A DNA stretch of 64,000 nt from an uncultured Candidatus Saccharibacteria bacterium (GTDB lineage Bacteria; Patescibacteriota; Saccharimonadia; CAZBQI01). Positions 18,833 to 27,881 of the stretch are shown here, one piece after another (the stretch's first letter is position 1; each line of letters starts with the position of its first letter). The notes beneath the pieces were generated by a model. That model worked only from the letters and a program-made list of their open reading frames with translations, was not told where the DNA came from and made no database searches. Location: contig CAZBQI010000001.1 of assembly GCA_964494105.1 (NCBI GenBank), forward strand, positions 3,126-67,125. Reading direction: 5' to 3'. The translations under genes were made by a program, and so were the position numbers.

Positions 18833-20611
18833 TTAACGAATAGGAGCAACTGGCGGAATAGGTGGTGCGGGTGGTGGTGGGCCAACTGGTGGTGCGGGTG
18901 GTGCTGGAGCTGGGCCAGGTGGCGGTGGCGGGAGTGGTCCGGGCGGTGGCGGTCCGGCCGCGCCTGGTTGTTCTTTTGATATTCTTGTTGCCGTCGATAC
19001 GCCATCGGCGGTAGATGGCGCGTAGCCAGATCGCTTTAGCCCTACGGTATCTGTATCGAGTGCCCCACTGCCACGCAGTGTTGTTTCTAGCGCTATATTG
19101 GTTTGAGCGCTGTGGTAGTTACCCCACGTAGTTGCCATATCATTTAGTCGGCCTAAGCGAATAGCATCACCGCTAGCTTGAGCATCTTGGATTTCAGGTG
19201 CCAGAAATTGTGGCATCAAATCACCGGTAGACGTTTTGGCTCGCTGGATGTCGCCGGTGGTTAGCTGTGTCATGTCGCGCCTAAATTTATCTGCCCCCTC
19301 CGGCTCGGTCCAGTTATGGATAGTGCCGGTATTATCCATTGTGGTACCCAAAGAGGCTTCAAATTGCCCTTGCCCCTTGGCTGCTTCTTGAACTGTGCGA
19401 AAAACACTGGCTCGGGCACTGCGGTCTTCGATATCGTTAAGTCCATGAACGGCATCGGCGCTAATTCTGCCCTGTGAAGCTACTGCGATAGCCGCGGCGG
19501 ATGTTCGGCCCTCGCGGGTCATCTTTACAGAGTGAGCCAAGTTAAGCTGGTCTAGGGCAACTTGTTGATCGTGTGGGTCTAAGTGTTGAGCTCGCACGTA
19601 GGCTTCGGCTGCGTCAATATCACCATGGCTAGCAGTGATTGCATTCAACGCGTGATGATTATTAATTCCAGCTTCGTTCAGTTCTTTTGCCCCATGAAGC
19701 GAGTGTTGCAGATGGGCGGCACTACGCTTAGCCCTACCTTTATCAGTAACTCCAAATCGGCCAGTGCCAATTTGGCCCATTCGGTTCATGAATCGACCAC
19801 GACGGGTATCGGTGTTAAATCTTGTGCCGTGCCGGCTTTCGGCAGCTTGGTTCTTGGTAGTGTCCCAAGCCCATTTTTGTGCCGGAGCAGCCATTTTTTT
19901 GCCGGCGTTAGTGACGGCACTACTAATGCCGTTTATTAATGAGCCGGCAAAGCGGAAAGTAAATGGAATAGCAACCAGAGGTGCTACTAAACAGCCAAGA
20001 GCGATTACGGCAAGGATTATTTCTTCAAATGTGCCGGAACTGCCACTGCCCACTTGGGTAACAACCGAAACCGAAACAATCGCCGATACCACATAAAGCG
20101 CATTGATAATTGGGAACATCAGTAAAATCCGCAGGAGTACACTAAACCATTGCTTGGCGTATTTTTCGGTATTGGGCAGTACCCACAAAAGCATCGCAAT
20201 TGGCGACACAATTACCAGGGCAATGATAATAACCTGCCGAATCACCAGGGTTATTAGCACCGAAAATATCATTGGTAAAATCATCAGCGCTAGTGCCAGT
20301 GCGAGCGCCGGAAACAGCGCTACGGCTGCAATACCGCCAAGTAACACCGACAATGCACCACCAATGCCGGCGATCGAACCTGCATCAATACCATCAATAT
20401 TTAGTGCATCAACAATTGCTCTGGCTATATCGGCCGGGCTACTGCCATTGGTGCTAACACCCGGTACAACGGCAAAAAGCCCACGAATTCCCTGTCCCGC
20501 GACGTTGGTGAAGTCGATCATGAATTGACATAAATAGATAGAAAGCTGAATAGCAATCACGGCAATTATTAGCCGAGGGAGCATTTTCTTTATGGCATAA
20601 GCGTCTAACAT
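18833..20611 (-). CDS. VirB6/TrbL-like T4SS membrane protein, C-terminal part
   Basis: YAIKKMLPRLIIAVI, RQVIIIALVIVSPIAMLLWVLPNTEK..KQW; many TMs; Pro-rich tail; SD-like AAAGGTGA before ATG. Confidence 0.8.
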   Translation of the reverse strand: MLDAYAIKKMLPRLIIAVIAIQLSIYLCQFMIDFTNVAGQGIRGLFAVVPGVSTNGSSPADIARAIVDALNIDGIDAGSIAGIGGALSVLLGGIAAVALFPALALALALMILPMIFSVLITLVIRQVIIIALVIVSPIAMLLWVLPNTEKYAKQWFSVLLRILLMFPIINALYVVSAIVSVSVVTQVGSGSSGTFEEIILAVIALGCLVAPLVAIPFTFRFAGSLINGISSAVTNAGKKMAAPAQKWAWDTTKNQAAESRHGTRFNTDTRRGRFMNRMGQIGTGRFGVTDKGRAKRSAAHLQHSLHGAKELNEAGINNHHALNAITASHGDIDAAEAYVRAQHLDPHDQQVALDQLNLAHSVKMTREGRTSAAAIAVASQGRISADAVHGLNDIEDRSARASVFRTVQEAAKGQGQFEASLGTTMDNTGTIHNWTEPEGADKFRRDMTQLTTGDIQRAKTSTGDLMPQFLAPEIQDAQASGDAIRLGRLNDMATTWGNYHSAQTNIALETTLRGSGALDTDTVGLKRSGYAPSTADGVSTATRISKEQPGAAGPPPPGPLPPPPPGPAPAPPAPPVGPPPPAPPIPPVAPIR

Positions 20612-21109
20612 ATTTCACCTTTGGTGGAATATAAAGCATCAACAAACAAACCCCAATATTCAAACAAATTCCAATTTCGAAATTTCAAGTCCACAAACAT
20701 CATTGGCTTTTTACTACGATTGCGTTAAATATTTTTACTAATTCTATAGCTTCTCGTTGCAGAACAGTCACCGTAGATTCTAACTCCCTTGGTGTGTCCA
20801 AAAGCCTTAGCCAATAACCGCTTTCTTTTGCTTCTTTTCTAGATATTTTTACTCGCATTACAAAGTCTTTCTTGCTAAGCGATTCATTTGCCTCTATATT
20901 ATTTGCGCCAACAGACCCAGATGAACGTACAAGCTGTTTGCAATCTTCAATATTTGCAGTTGTTTTTGAGAGTTTTTTTACAAGCGCACGGCAATCTTGT
21001 GCAAAACTGAATGTTCTTTCTTCTAAATCATATTGTTTACTATTTTGAACATTGGAGTTTAAGACTTGTTTGCTATTTGGAGTTTGAGTTTTGGAATTTG
21101 TGATCATCT
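20612..21109 (-). mobile_element. Intervening cassette (four-helix-bundle gene with imperfect inverted repeat arms) interrupting the VirB6-like gene
   Basis: Arms 20647-20688 and 21045-21086 are reverse-complementary at 28/42 positions (32/42 with G-U); the VirB6-like motif is interrupted on either side. Confidence 0.65.
20700..21107 (-). CDS. Four helix bundle protein (23S rRNA IVP / Avd-like family)
   Basis: YDLEERTFSF, QLVRSSGSVGAN.IEA, F..RVKISRKEAKES.YWL.LL, EAIELVKIF. Confidence 0.9.
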   Translation of the reverse strand: MITNSKTQTPNSKQVLNSNVQNSKQYDLEERTFSFAQDCRALVKKLSKTTANIEDCKQLVRSSGSVGANNIEANESLSKKDFVMRVKISRKEAKESGYWLRLLDTPRELESTVTVLQREAIELVKIFNAIVVKSQ

Positions 21110-22339
21110 TTAGCTCTTGCCTCCGGTAGCCTGGGAATAAATGATAATTATAAATACCAGTACCAGCCCGACATTAGCCAGGTCGCGGAAACCTTTCCAA
21201 CTACGGTAAGCCGGATTACCCTGCTGAACTACCTTGGGGTCGGTAAGCAGTAAGTCTTCGATAACGGTACCGGTTTTGTCGAGGGCATCACGGACGAGCC
21301 GAATGGTCCCACAAATTATCCACGTTAAGCCCGATTCGGCATCGCAGTTTTCATCGTCGTCGCGTCCACCACCACCGCCACCACCATCTGCGCCAGTGCC
21401 ACTCCCGACGCCGTCACTTGAAGTGTCGCCAGGGCTATCTTCTGCTGCGATTACAGTATCGTATTCATTGCCTCCACCAATATCACTGACTTTAAAAGTT
21501 TGCTTTCCATTAATTGCTGTCATATCTGTTTTCTTAGCAGCGCGGCTCCCATCTTGGACTTTTAAAAATTGGTCACCGCCACAATCGTCCCGAATATAAC
21601 GGCCATCAGACCCGCTGTCTGAACACCAAACAAAGTCTTCTGTTCCACCTAGAAGCGATATAGCCGTATCTATACCTTCATTGTAGGCATAGGAAATATT
21701 GAAATTATCAAGCGCGCTTTGGTCAAGCAAGCCTGCGACACTTACCTTGCTCACATCGGGCGTATCAGTGCCCTGTTCCTCCCATTTGCTAAATCGTGGG
21801 CCTGAATCGGTAAAAATTACTCTGGTAGAAGCATCAATATCTTGCCAAAAACTATCATTGACCTCGATGGCTACTTCAATGTCGCGCATTCTATCGATAA
21901 TTGTTGCGGCAACGATGCGCTTGTCGTAATAATTGTTATTATTAAAGTCTATATCTTCATTTAAAGCATCGGCAAACTCATTAATGCGGCTCTCGCGATT
22001 GTCACCTTCTATGTCATATTGAATATTAATTTCTTGCCCATCCCAGTCAGAATCTATATACTCCCCGGCGAAAATGTCTTCAAATGTTTTTTCTTGCCCG
22101 CCATCGGTAAAGGCCGGGTTATCACTGCCGGCGTCAAAATTAAGCTTTAAGTGCGAGCGGTTAATGAATTTGATTTTACCCCTTTCAAACCAACTGGCAG
22201 GTCCATGTCTGCTTGTTAGCGGAACAGGTTTTATGTCTTCTGCATTAGCGGCACGCACTGACGCATAGGGCGCAAATAGGCTAGCAACAGCGAATACCAA
22301 TAGTATTAATGAAAACAGCAAGTTTTTGGTTCTAGTCAT
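21110..22339 (-). CDS. VirB6-like protein, N-terminal part (signal peptide, extracellular domain, first TM)
   Basis: Signal peptide; C...GLTWIIC; ends WKGFRDLANVGLVLVFIIIIYSQATGGKS*. Confidence 0.75.
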   Translation of the reverse strand: MTRTKNLLFSLILLVFAVASLFAPYASVRAANAEDIKPVPLTSRHGPASWFERGKIKFINRSHLKLNFDAGSDNPAFTDGGQEKTFEDIFAGEYIDSDWDGQEINIQYDIEGDNRESRINEFADALNEDIDFNNNNYYDKRIVAATIIDRMRDIEVAIEVNDSFWQDIDASTRVIFTDSGPRFSKWEEQGTDTPDVSKVSVAGLLDQSALDNFNISYAYNEGIDTAISLLGGTEDFVWCSDSGSDGRYIRDDCGGDQFLKVQDGSRAAKKTDMTAINGKQTFKVSDIGGGNEYDTVIAAEDSPGDTSSDGVGSGTGADGGGGGGGRDDDENCDAESGLTWIICGTIRLVRDALDKTGTVIEDLLLTDPKVVQQGNPAYRSWKGFRDLANVGLVLVFIIIIYSQATGGKS

Positions 22340-22444
22340 TTTGCTTTTGCTTTTGCCTCACCCATTTAACTCTACGAGCCTAATTTTATACTATTTTGCT
22401 TTACAAGTATAAGTGGGAATTGTGATATTTTTCAGATGTTACTA

Positions 22445-23239
22445 TTAAGCAGAAAAATCGTCACTTGGGTCTTGATGTGTTTCGGTATAAATCGTCGTGC
22501 CGGTTTCTTCGTCGAGCCTCAGGGTTGTAATTGATATCACCGGCCCATCAGTTGCAAGGATATCGCCATAAAAACCACTTGCGCTCAGGCTTCCTGGCGT
22601 AGCTGTTCGTCGCACTAAGTGTGAGCTATAAAGTGCTCGCACCATAAGCTCACCGGGGTTTCCTGGCAAAACAGCAAAATCATCATTTGGGCCATCAACA
22701 TTATCTGGGTCATCTTTGCCGTCAAGCAAGAATTCCGGGCGGACAAAGAATGGGTACGTCGCAGCAAATTCTACATGTGTCGGGTTTAAATCAGCTACAG
22801 ATACGCCAAAAACCGCCGCTAACAATTCGGGGCTACGCAAGTTAATGGCAGCGTAATGATTATTTATGGCTGCCATCGCAGCTTGAACCGGGTCTGAGGT
22901 GTCTACCTCTGAAAGTGTAACTGGATAATCTGTTTCGCGGAGCAAAGCTTTCTCGTTTTCGGATAAAGTGCTGGATGCTATAGCTACTTCCCTGGCTTCT
23001 GGTGTCGCTTCTACCCGGCTAGACACTAATGGTTCAAGTGGTGCACTCTCTTCGCTATCTTGGCTTCTCTCAAACAGAGTGTATCCACCCAAAGCGGCGC
23101 CACCAATACCAATTAATGCGCCGGTTGTGCCAAGCCCAATAAGAAAGTGTCGCCGTGTCATATCTGGTGCCGTGGGTTCGGTACCATCAAAACGATGTGG
23201 GCCAATGTCGGGGGCGCCAGGTGTTGTTGCGATAGCCAT
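22445..23239 (-). CDS. Hypothetical membrane-anchored protein with twin-arginine-like motif
   Basis: TRRHFL followed by a Gly-rich hydrophobic stretch. Confidence 0.6.
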   Translation of the reverse strand: MAIATTPGAPDIGPHRFDGTEPTAPDMTRRHFLIGLGTTGALIGIGGAALGGYTLFERSQDSEESAPLEPLVSSRVEATPEAREVAIASSTLSENEKALLRETDYPVTLSEVDTSDPVQAAMAAINNHYAAINLRSPELLAAVFGVSVADLNPTHVEFAATYPFFVRPEFLLDGKDDPDNVDGPNDDFAVLPGNPGELMVRALYSSHLVRRTATPGSLSASGFYGDILATDGPVISITTLRLDEETGTTIYTETHQDPSDDFSA

Positions 23240-23344
23240 AAAAGTTGCCTTTTTACACGAAAACTATACCATTATCACAAATAAAATGCAAGCACATATT
23301 TGTCAATAACATTTTAAGCTATAATATGGTAAGAAAGATAGCTT

Positions 23345-23767
23345 ATGCTTAAAACCACAAATCAAAAATCTTTCATTTTTGCGCTCATCGGTCTAGCCAT
23401 TGTTAGCTGTTTTTTGCTGGCCACGTTAGTTAGTTCTTCTTTTGTCGTGGCTGCGCCCACACCGACCCCCGTCGGGGGTTCAGCTAGTGGTTGCACCGAG
23501 TTGGCGATTGATGTGGGTGCGGCAGCTTGTGGGAAAAATCGACTGATGAAATATATAACCGCTTTGGTGCGGTTTCTTTCGCTGGGGGTTGGAATAATCG
23601 TAGTGATTATGATTATTGTGGGTGGCATTCAATACACTAGCTCTGGCGGTGATGCTGGGGCGGTAGCAGCAGCCAAGAGCAGGATATTTAATGCTATTTT
23701 GGCACTGCTGTTGTATATTTTTACCATTGCCATATTAAACTGGCTGGTCCCAGGGGGAATAGTTTAA
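23345..23767 (+). CDS. VirB2/TrbC-like T4SS pilin 1
   Basis: IIVGGIQYTSSGGD...AKSRIFNAILAL. Confidence 0.85.
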   Translation: MLKTTNQKSFIFALIGLAIVSCFLLATLVSSSFVVAAPTPTPVGGSASGCTELAIDVGAAACGKNRLMKYITALVRFLSLGVGIIVVIMIIVGGIQYTSSGGDAGAVAAAKSRIFNAILALLLYIFTIAILNWLVPGGIV

Positions 23768-23835
23768 ATGTGTATTATATTTGCGTATCGATTGCAATTA
23801 ACTGAGATGATACCTGGCTTAAGGAATAGTTTTAC

Positions 23836-24603
23836 ATGAAAACAGCTCAAAAAATCTATCTCTTATTAGTGATAAGTGCTTTTACATTTGGCATGAGTTT
23901 TGTTTCTAGTTTTATCTCTAGCCCGCCTGTAAAAGCTGCTTCGGAGCTACAATTTCACTTCTTTTGTCGTAGTGGCGCCGCAGTAGTCAAAGAAACAGTC
24001 AGTGGTGGCACAGCAATAAAATGTGAAGACGGCTCTGCTCTTGGTAGGCACATTGGTGATGACGAGGAAAATATATTCACCACTTTTAATGTCGAATGCG
24101 CCAGAGGTACACCCAATTTAGATTCGGTTTCTAATATATTTAGCTGTGATGGTGGCGGGGGTGCTGAACCACAGGTAACAAAAGTAGATGATGATAGTGC
24201 AGGCCAGCCACCACCTGGCTCTGGAGGTGGCTCTGGTGGAGGTGGTTCTGGCGGCGGATCTGGAGGCGGTGGTACCAGTGGCGTTTGTGGTAGTGGCGAC
24301 ATGTTATTTGGAATAATTCCAACTTGGTACAAGTACCTGGAGTTTTCACCCGATTGCACAGTAATAATAAGCAAGATAGATGACTTTTTAAAAATCGGCG
24401 GGGCGGTAATTGAAATTGTGCTACGTCTGGGGGCAATAGCGGCTATCGGGTTCATCATCTTTGGTGGTTTTCGCTTTGTTACTAGCATGGGCGACCCCGA
24501 AGGCATCAAAAACGCGCGGAATACCATCATTAATGCTGTAATTGGTTTGGCTTTAATGATTCTTTCTACCACTATCGTTAGCTTTATAGCGGGGAGGCTG
24601 TAA
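23836..24603 (+). CDS. VirB2/TrbC-like pilin 2 with Cys-rich N-terminal extension and Gly linker
   Basis: PTWYKYL, IIFGGFRFVTSMGDPEGIKNARNTIINAVIGL. Confidence 0.85.
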   Translation: MKTAQKIYLLLVISAFTFGMSFVSSFISSPPVKAASELQFHFFCRSGAAVVKETVSGGTAIKCEDGSALGRHIGDDEENIFTTFNVECARGTPNLDSVSNIFSCDGGGGAEPQVTKVDDDSAGQPPPGSGGGSGGGGSGGGSGGGGTSGVCGSGDMLFGIIPTWYKYLEFSPDCTVIISKIDDFLKIGGAVIEIVLRLGAIAAIGFIIFGGFRFVTSMGDPEGIKNARNTIINAVIGLALMILSTTIVSFIAGRL

Positions 24604-24890
24604 TGTTTGAAAACACAATTTTTTATACGCTTGCCCAGCTAAGGGGTGCGCATGGGTTGCCGAACCCCGACACATCTAACGTGCTCGAGACCGTGCTTAA
24701 GACTTCTTTTGTAATAATTGGGGCGCTCGCAGTGATATTTGTAATTATTGGCGGGTTTCAATACGTTCTGTCGGGTGGCAATCCGAATAATACCAGTCGG
24801 GCCAAAGAGACAATTATCTATGCCATTGTGGGTTTGGTGGTTTCGCTTCTGGCATTTAGCATAGTAGACTTTGTGGTAGGAAAAGTATGA
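24603..24890 (+). CDS. VirB2/TrbC-like pilin 3
   Basis: IIGGFQYVLSGGNP...AKETIIYAIVGL. Confidence 0.85.
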   Translation: MFENTIFYTLAQLRGAHGLPNPDTSNVLETVLKTSFVIIGALAVIFVIIGGFQYVLSGGNPNNTSRAKETIIYAIVGLVVSLLAFSIVDFVVGKV

Positions 24891-25261
24891 AAAAAGCAGT
24901 GATAGCCTTATTCGTTCTAGTGATTGCCGGTGCGCTTTCGCTGGGTTCTGTATGGGCCGACACCAAAACCGAGGTTTGCGAAGGGCTTAAGCAAGGTAGT
25001 CCGAGCGTACAGTGCGATCCGGATAGCTCCGATAAGATTATTGTTGATACAATTGATAAGGTTTTAGGGGTGTTGTCGTTTGCAATTGGGGCGCTCTCGG
25101 TATTGATGATAATCTTTGGTGGGTTTCGCTACGTTGTCTCGGGTGGTGACAGCTCGGGGGTAGAAGGCGCGAAAAATACCATATTGTACGCCATTGTTGG
25201 TTTAGTTATTGCCTTTTTGGCGCGGCCGATAATCGTTTTCGTGATTGGGTGGTTTGTTTAA
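24887..25261 (+). CDS. VirB2/TrbC-like pilin 4
   Basis: IIFGGFRYVVSGGDSSGVEGAKNTILYAIVGL. Confidence 0.85.
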   Translation: MKKAVIALFVLVIAGALSLGSVWADTKTEVCEGLKQGSPSVQCDPDSSDKIIVDTIDKVLGVLSFAIGALSVLMIIFGGFRYVVSGGDSSGVEGAKNTILYAIVGLVIAFLARPIIVFVIGWFV

Positions 25262-25843
25262 ATGAAGTTACTTACTGCTGTTTGTTGCCTGATGTTTTTT
25301 GGTTTATTCGTGATGAGTATGCCGGTATTTGCCCAGGACAGAAAAATAACCCCTCGACCAGGTGCTACAACTCCTGCACCTGAGGCAACTCCGGGCGTAC
25401 CCGAAGCAACCCCACCAGCAAGTGGTGGCGGAGGTTCAGGTAGCGGTAGCGGAAGCGGAAGTGGCGGAGGCAGTACTAATCCCTTTGCTGCCGAAATTTG
25501 CGAAGGCGCCAAGAATGGCGCCGGCAGTGATTGTTCCGGCTCGTCTTTTCTAAAAGGCCTAAAGAATATTGCCAATATTATCTTGTTTCTAATTGGGGCG
25601 GTAGCGGTAATAATGATAATTATCGGCGGGTTTCGCTATGTTGTCTCGGGTGGTGACAGCTCGGGGGTGGAAGGCGCGAAAAACACCATATTGTACGCTG
25701 TGATTGGCCTAATAGTGGCGGCGCTTTCTTTTGCGATTGTAAATTTCGTTATAACATCAATTTCCGGTTCCGGTAGTGGCGGGGGGACCGGGAGTACACC
25801 GGGTAGCTCAAGCGGACCACCCGGGGGGTCCAGTGGACCATAA
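25262..25843 (+). CDS. VirB2/TrbC-like pilin 5
   Basis: IIIGGFRYVVSGGDSSGVEGAKNTILYAVIGL; Pro/Gly/Ser-rich extensions. Confidence 0.85.
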   Translation: MKLLTAVCCLMFFGLFVMSMPVFAQDRKITPRPGATTPAPEATPGVPEATPPASGGGGSGSGSGSGSGGGSTNPFAAEICEGAKNGAGSDCSGSSFLKGLKNIANIILFLIGAVAVIMIIIGGFRYVVSGGDSSGVEGAKNTILYAVIGLIVAALSFAIVNFVITSISGSGSGGGTGSTPGSSSGPPGGSSGP

Positions 25844-25901
25844 GGTGTTGCATATCAGCAAAAGCATAAGCTATAATGTTTTTAAATAAGGAGTACTTAC
25901 A

Positions 25902-26333
25902 GTGAAAGCCCTAAAAAATAAAATCTCGAAATTGCTTACTATAACCGCCAGCGCCGGTATTTTCTTTATGTTGTTATTCGCCCCGGTGTTTGCACAGGAT
26001 GTAGCATGCGATCCAACAACCGGCTCTAGCGGCCTGCAGAACGGCGCCAACTGTGCTCAAGCGTCGGGTACCTCAGATCAATTGTTCGGTGAAGACGGTC
26101 TGTTTAAGAAGGTCAGTAATATCTTGGTCTTCTTGGTGGGTGCGGTATCGGTTATCATGCTGATTATCGGTGGTTTTCGCTATGTGGTCTCGGGTGGCGA
26201 CAGCTCAGGGGTGGAAAGCGCGAAAAACACCATCCTCTATGCCATCGTTGGTATTGTGGTGGCGTTTCTGTCATATGCCGCCGTCAACTTCGTTATCGGT
26301 GGACTTTCTAATACTACCGGCGCTGGCGGTTAA
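25902..26333 (+). CDS. VirB2/TrbC-like pilin 6 (own promoter/RBS, possibly the major pilin)
   Basis: IIGGFRYVVSGGDSSGVESAKNTILYAIVG; upstream TTGCAT..TATAAT and TAAGGAG. Confidence 0.85.
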   Translation: MKALKNKISKLLTITASAGIFFMLLFAPVFAQDVACDPTTGSSGLQNGANCAQASGTSDQLFGEDGLFKKVSNILVFLVGAVSVIMLIIGGFRYVVSGGDSSGVESAKNTILYAIVGIVVAFLSYAAVNFVIGGLSNTTGAGG

Positions 26334-26376
26334 GCAAACCTTTTGACTCGCGTCCATCGCTTGAACGCTATTATAT

Positions 26377-26408
26377 AAAAAAACCCCGCCAAATTTGGCG
26401 GGGTTTTT
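26377..26408. terminator. Bidirectional intrinsic terminator
   Basis: A7-CCCCGCCAAA-TTTGGCGGGG-T5 between convergent genes. Confidence 0.85.
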
Positions 26409-26433
26409 AGTTGCAAAGTGAATTTTGCCTTGG

Positions 26434-26916
26434 CTAGTCCTTGATGGCAATTTTCTTTACTTTGTCTTGTTCTGTTTTGGGGATGCGCACCGTCAGCATG
26501 CCATCTTTTAGTTCGGCTTCGGCTCGCTCCTCTTTTACCTGAACTGGCAAAATAATCGAACGCGAGAATTCACCCCAATAGCATTCTTGTACAAAAAAGT
26601 CTCCGGCTTGAACATCTTGGCTAGAGCTTCGTTTACCCCGCACAGTGAGAGTGTTCTCAACAATGCTTAGGTCGATGTCGCCCTTAGCTACGCCGGGAAC
26701 CGGCGCTACAACGTAGATGTCCTCTTTGGTTTGGTATACATCAACTGCAAGCTGGCCGGGTACTTCGGTGTCTTCGAAGAAATCATCACTACTGCTGGCG
26801 GTATCTGCTTCTGCTTCGTCGACTACGCTTGTGTCGTCATCGTCGTCATCGTTTAAAAAGTCATCGTCTAACTGATCCATAAATAAATCGTCATCGTCTT
26901 TGGTTTTTTGTGCCAC
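26434..26916 (-). CDS. Hsp20/alpha-crystallin family protein
   Basis: LAVDVYQT, PGV.K.DI, QECYWGEFSRSIILP, A.LKDGMLTVRIPK; GTG start after AAAGGAGG. Confidence 0.92.
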   Translation of the reverse strand: MAQKTKDDDDLFMDQLDDDFLNDDDDDDTSVVDEAEADTASSSDDFFEDTEVPGQLAVDVYQTKEDIYVVAPVPGVAKGDIDLSIVENTLTVRGKRSSSQDVQAGDFFVQECYWGEFSRSIILPVQVKEERAEAELKDGMLTVRIPKTEQDKVKKIAIKD

Positions 26917-27059
26917 GAGGTGCCTCCTTTGTCTATGCAACAATATTTTGTGCAAAACTTGTTATTAATATTGTGCTTGAATCTTTAATTTTAGTAACTA
27001 GAGTTTCTATTTTTCCCTAAGTATAGCTAAACTAAAGCGAGTTAGGCAAGCCAAGAATT

Positions 27060-27183
27060 AGTAGCAGGTATCATGAAGCCAGTAGCCAGTATAAATGGCA
27101 AAACCCTAACATTTTATCTAACGACAAGCCACTGCATTTCGTGCTAAATCAAACTTGATACTCACTGCTTGCTACTAGATACT
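27060..27183. repeat. Inverted heptamer-repeat arrays upstream of comF
   Basis: AGTAGCA-GGTATCA-TGAAGCC-AGTAGCC-AGTATAA (27060-27094) versus TGATACT-CACTGCT-TGCTACT-AGATACT (27156-27183). Confidence 0.65.
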
Positions 27184-27186
27184 GAT

Positions 27187-27855
27187 GTGGTGATAATTGA
27201 CAGTGTTCTTGATTTAATTGCTCCATTTTCTTGCGTTAAATGCCACAACGAAGGCGAATTAGTCTGCGATAGCTGTAAACGGACATTATCTAAGCCCAAA
27301 AAATCAACCTGTGCCCTGTGCAATTCGCTTACCAACAACTTTCGCTTATGCAAACGTTGCCAACATCAAACCAAGCTTCGAGGGGTTTTGGTGGCATCAC
27401 ATTATGAGGGCGAGGTAAAACAGCTGATTCAAATGCTCAAATACGAACGAGCTATGCGGGCGGCTAATTACTTGGCAGAGTTGCTAGTTCCGCAGGTAAA
27501 GCCCCGAGATTATGATTATATTTCTTGGGCACCGGTGAGTTCACGACGGTTTCGCCAGCGCGGGTATAATCAGGCTAAGTTGATTGCTAAACAAATTGCC
27601 GCTCAAACCAAAGTTCCCTATATAGAAACACTTGGGCGCCTGGGGCACGCGCGCCAAGTAGGAACCGGTCGCAAGCTAAGAACACAGCAGTTAAAGGGCA
27701 GTATGTACGCAGTTAAACCAGAGCGCTTTAAAAGCAAACGAATAGTAATAGTTGATGATGTGCTAACAACCGGGGCAACCCTAAGCGAGTGCGCGAATGT
27801 GCTCATGGCAGCGGGCGCAAAATCGGTTTGGGGCGCAGCCGTTGCCAAGCACTAA
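27187..27855 (+). CDS. comF: ComF family protein (double zinc ribbon + PRTase)
   Basis: CxxC pairs, RGYNQA, IVIVDDVLTTGATL; start approximate. Confidence 0.9.
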   Translation: MVIIDSVLDLIAPFSCVKCHNEGELVCDSCKRTLSKPKKSTCALCNSLTNNFRLCKRCQHQTKLRGVLVASHYEGEVKQLIQMLKYERAMRAANYLAELLVPQVKPRDYDYISWAPVSSRRFRQRGYNQAKLIAKQIAAQTKVPYIETLGRLGHARQVGTGRKLRTQQLKGSMYAVKPERFKSKRIVIVDDVLTTGATLSECANVLMAAGAKSVWGAAVAKH

Positions 27856-27881
27856 TAGTAACCATATAATTACAGCGATAC

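Noticed and set aside
18584-18835. Stop-codon reassignment explaining the in-frame TAAs
   Set aside because: TAA, TAG and TGA all terminate conserved genes normally here, and the two TAAs replace different expected residues (Ser, Tyr).
20700-21107. Diversity-generating retroelement (Avd-like gene, repeated pilin cores as TR/VR)
   Set aside because: No reverse transcriptase in the window; pilin-core differences are synonymous and not adenine-specific.
23768-23835. Fourth heptamer array before pilin 2
   Set aside because: Only isolated units (TGTATTA, CGTATCG, ATGATAC) with no clear periodic run.
24200-25480. GGT/GGC/AGC-rich tandem repeats in pilin genes as contingency loci
   Set aside because: In-frame degenerate codon repeats encoding Gly/Ser linkers; no frameshifting potential evident.
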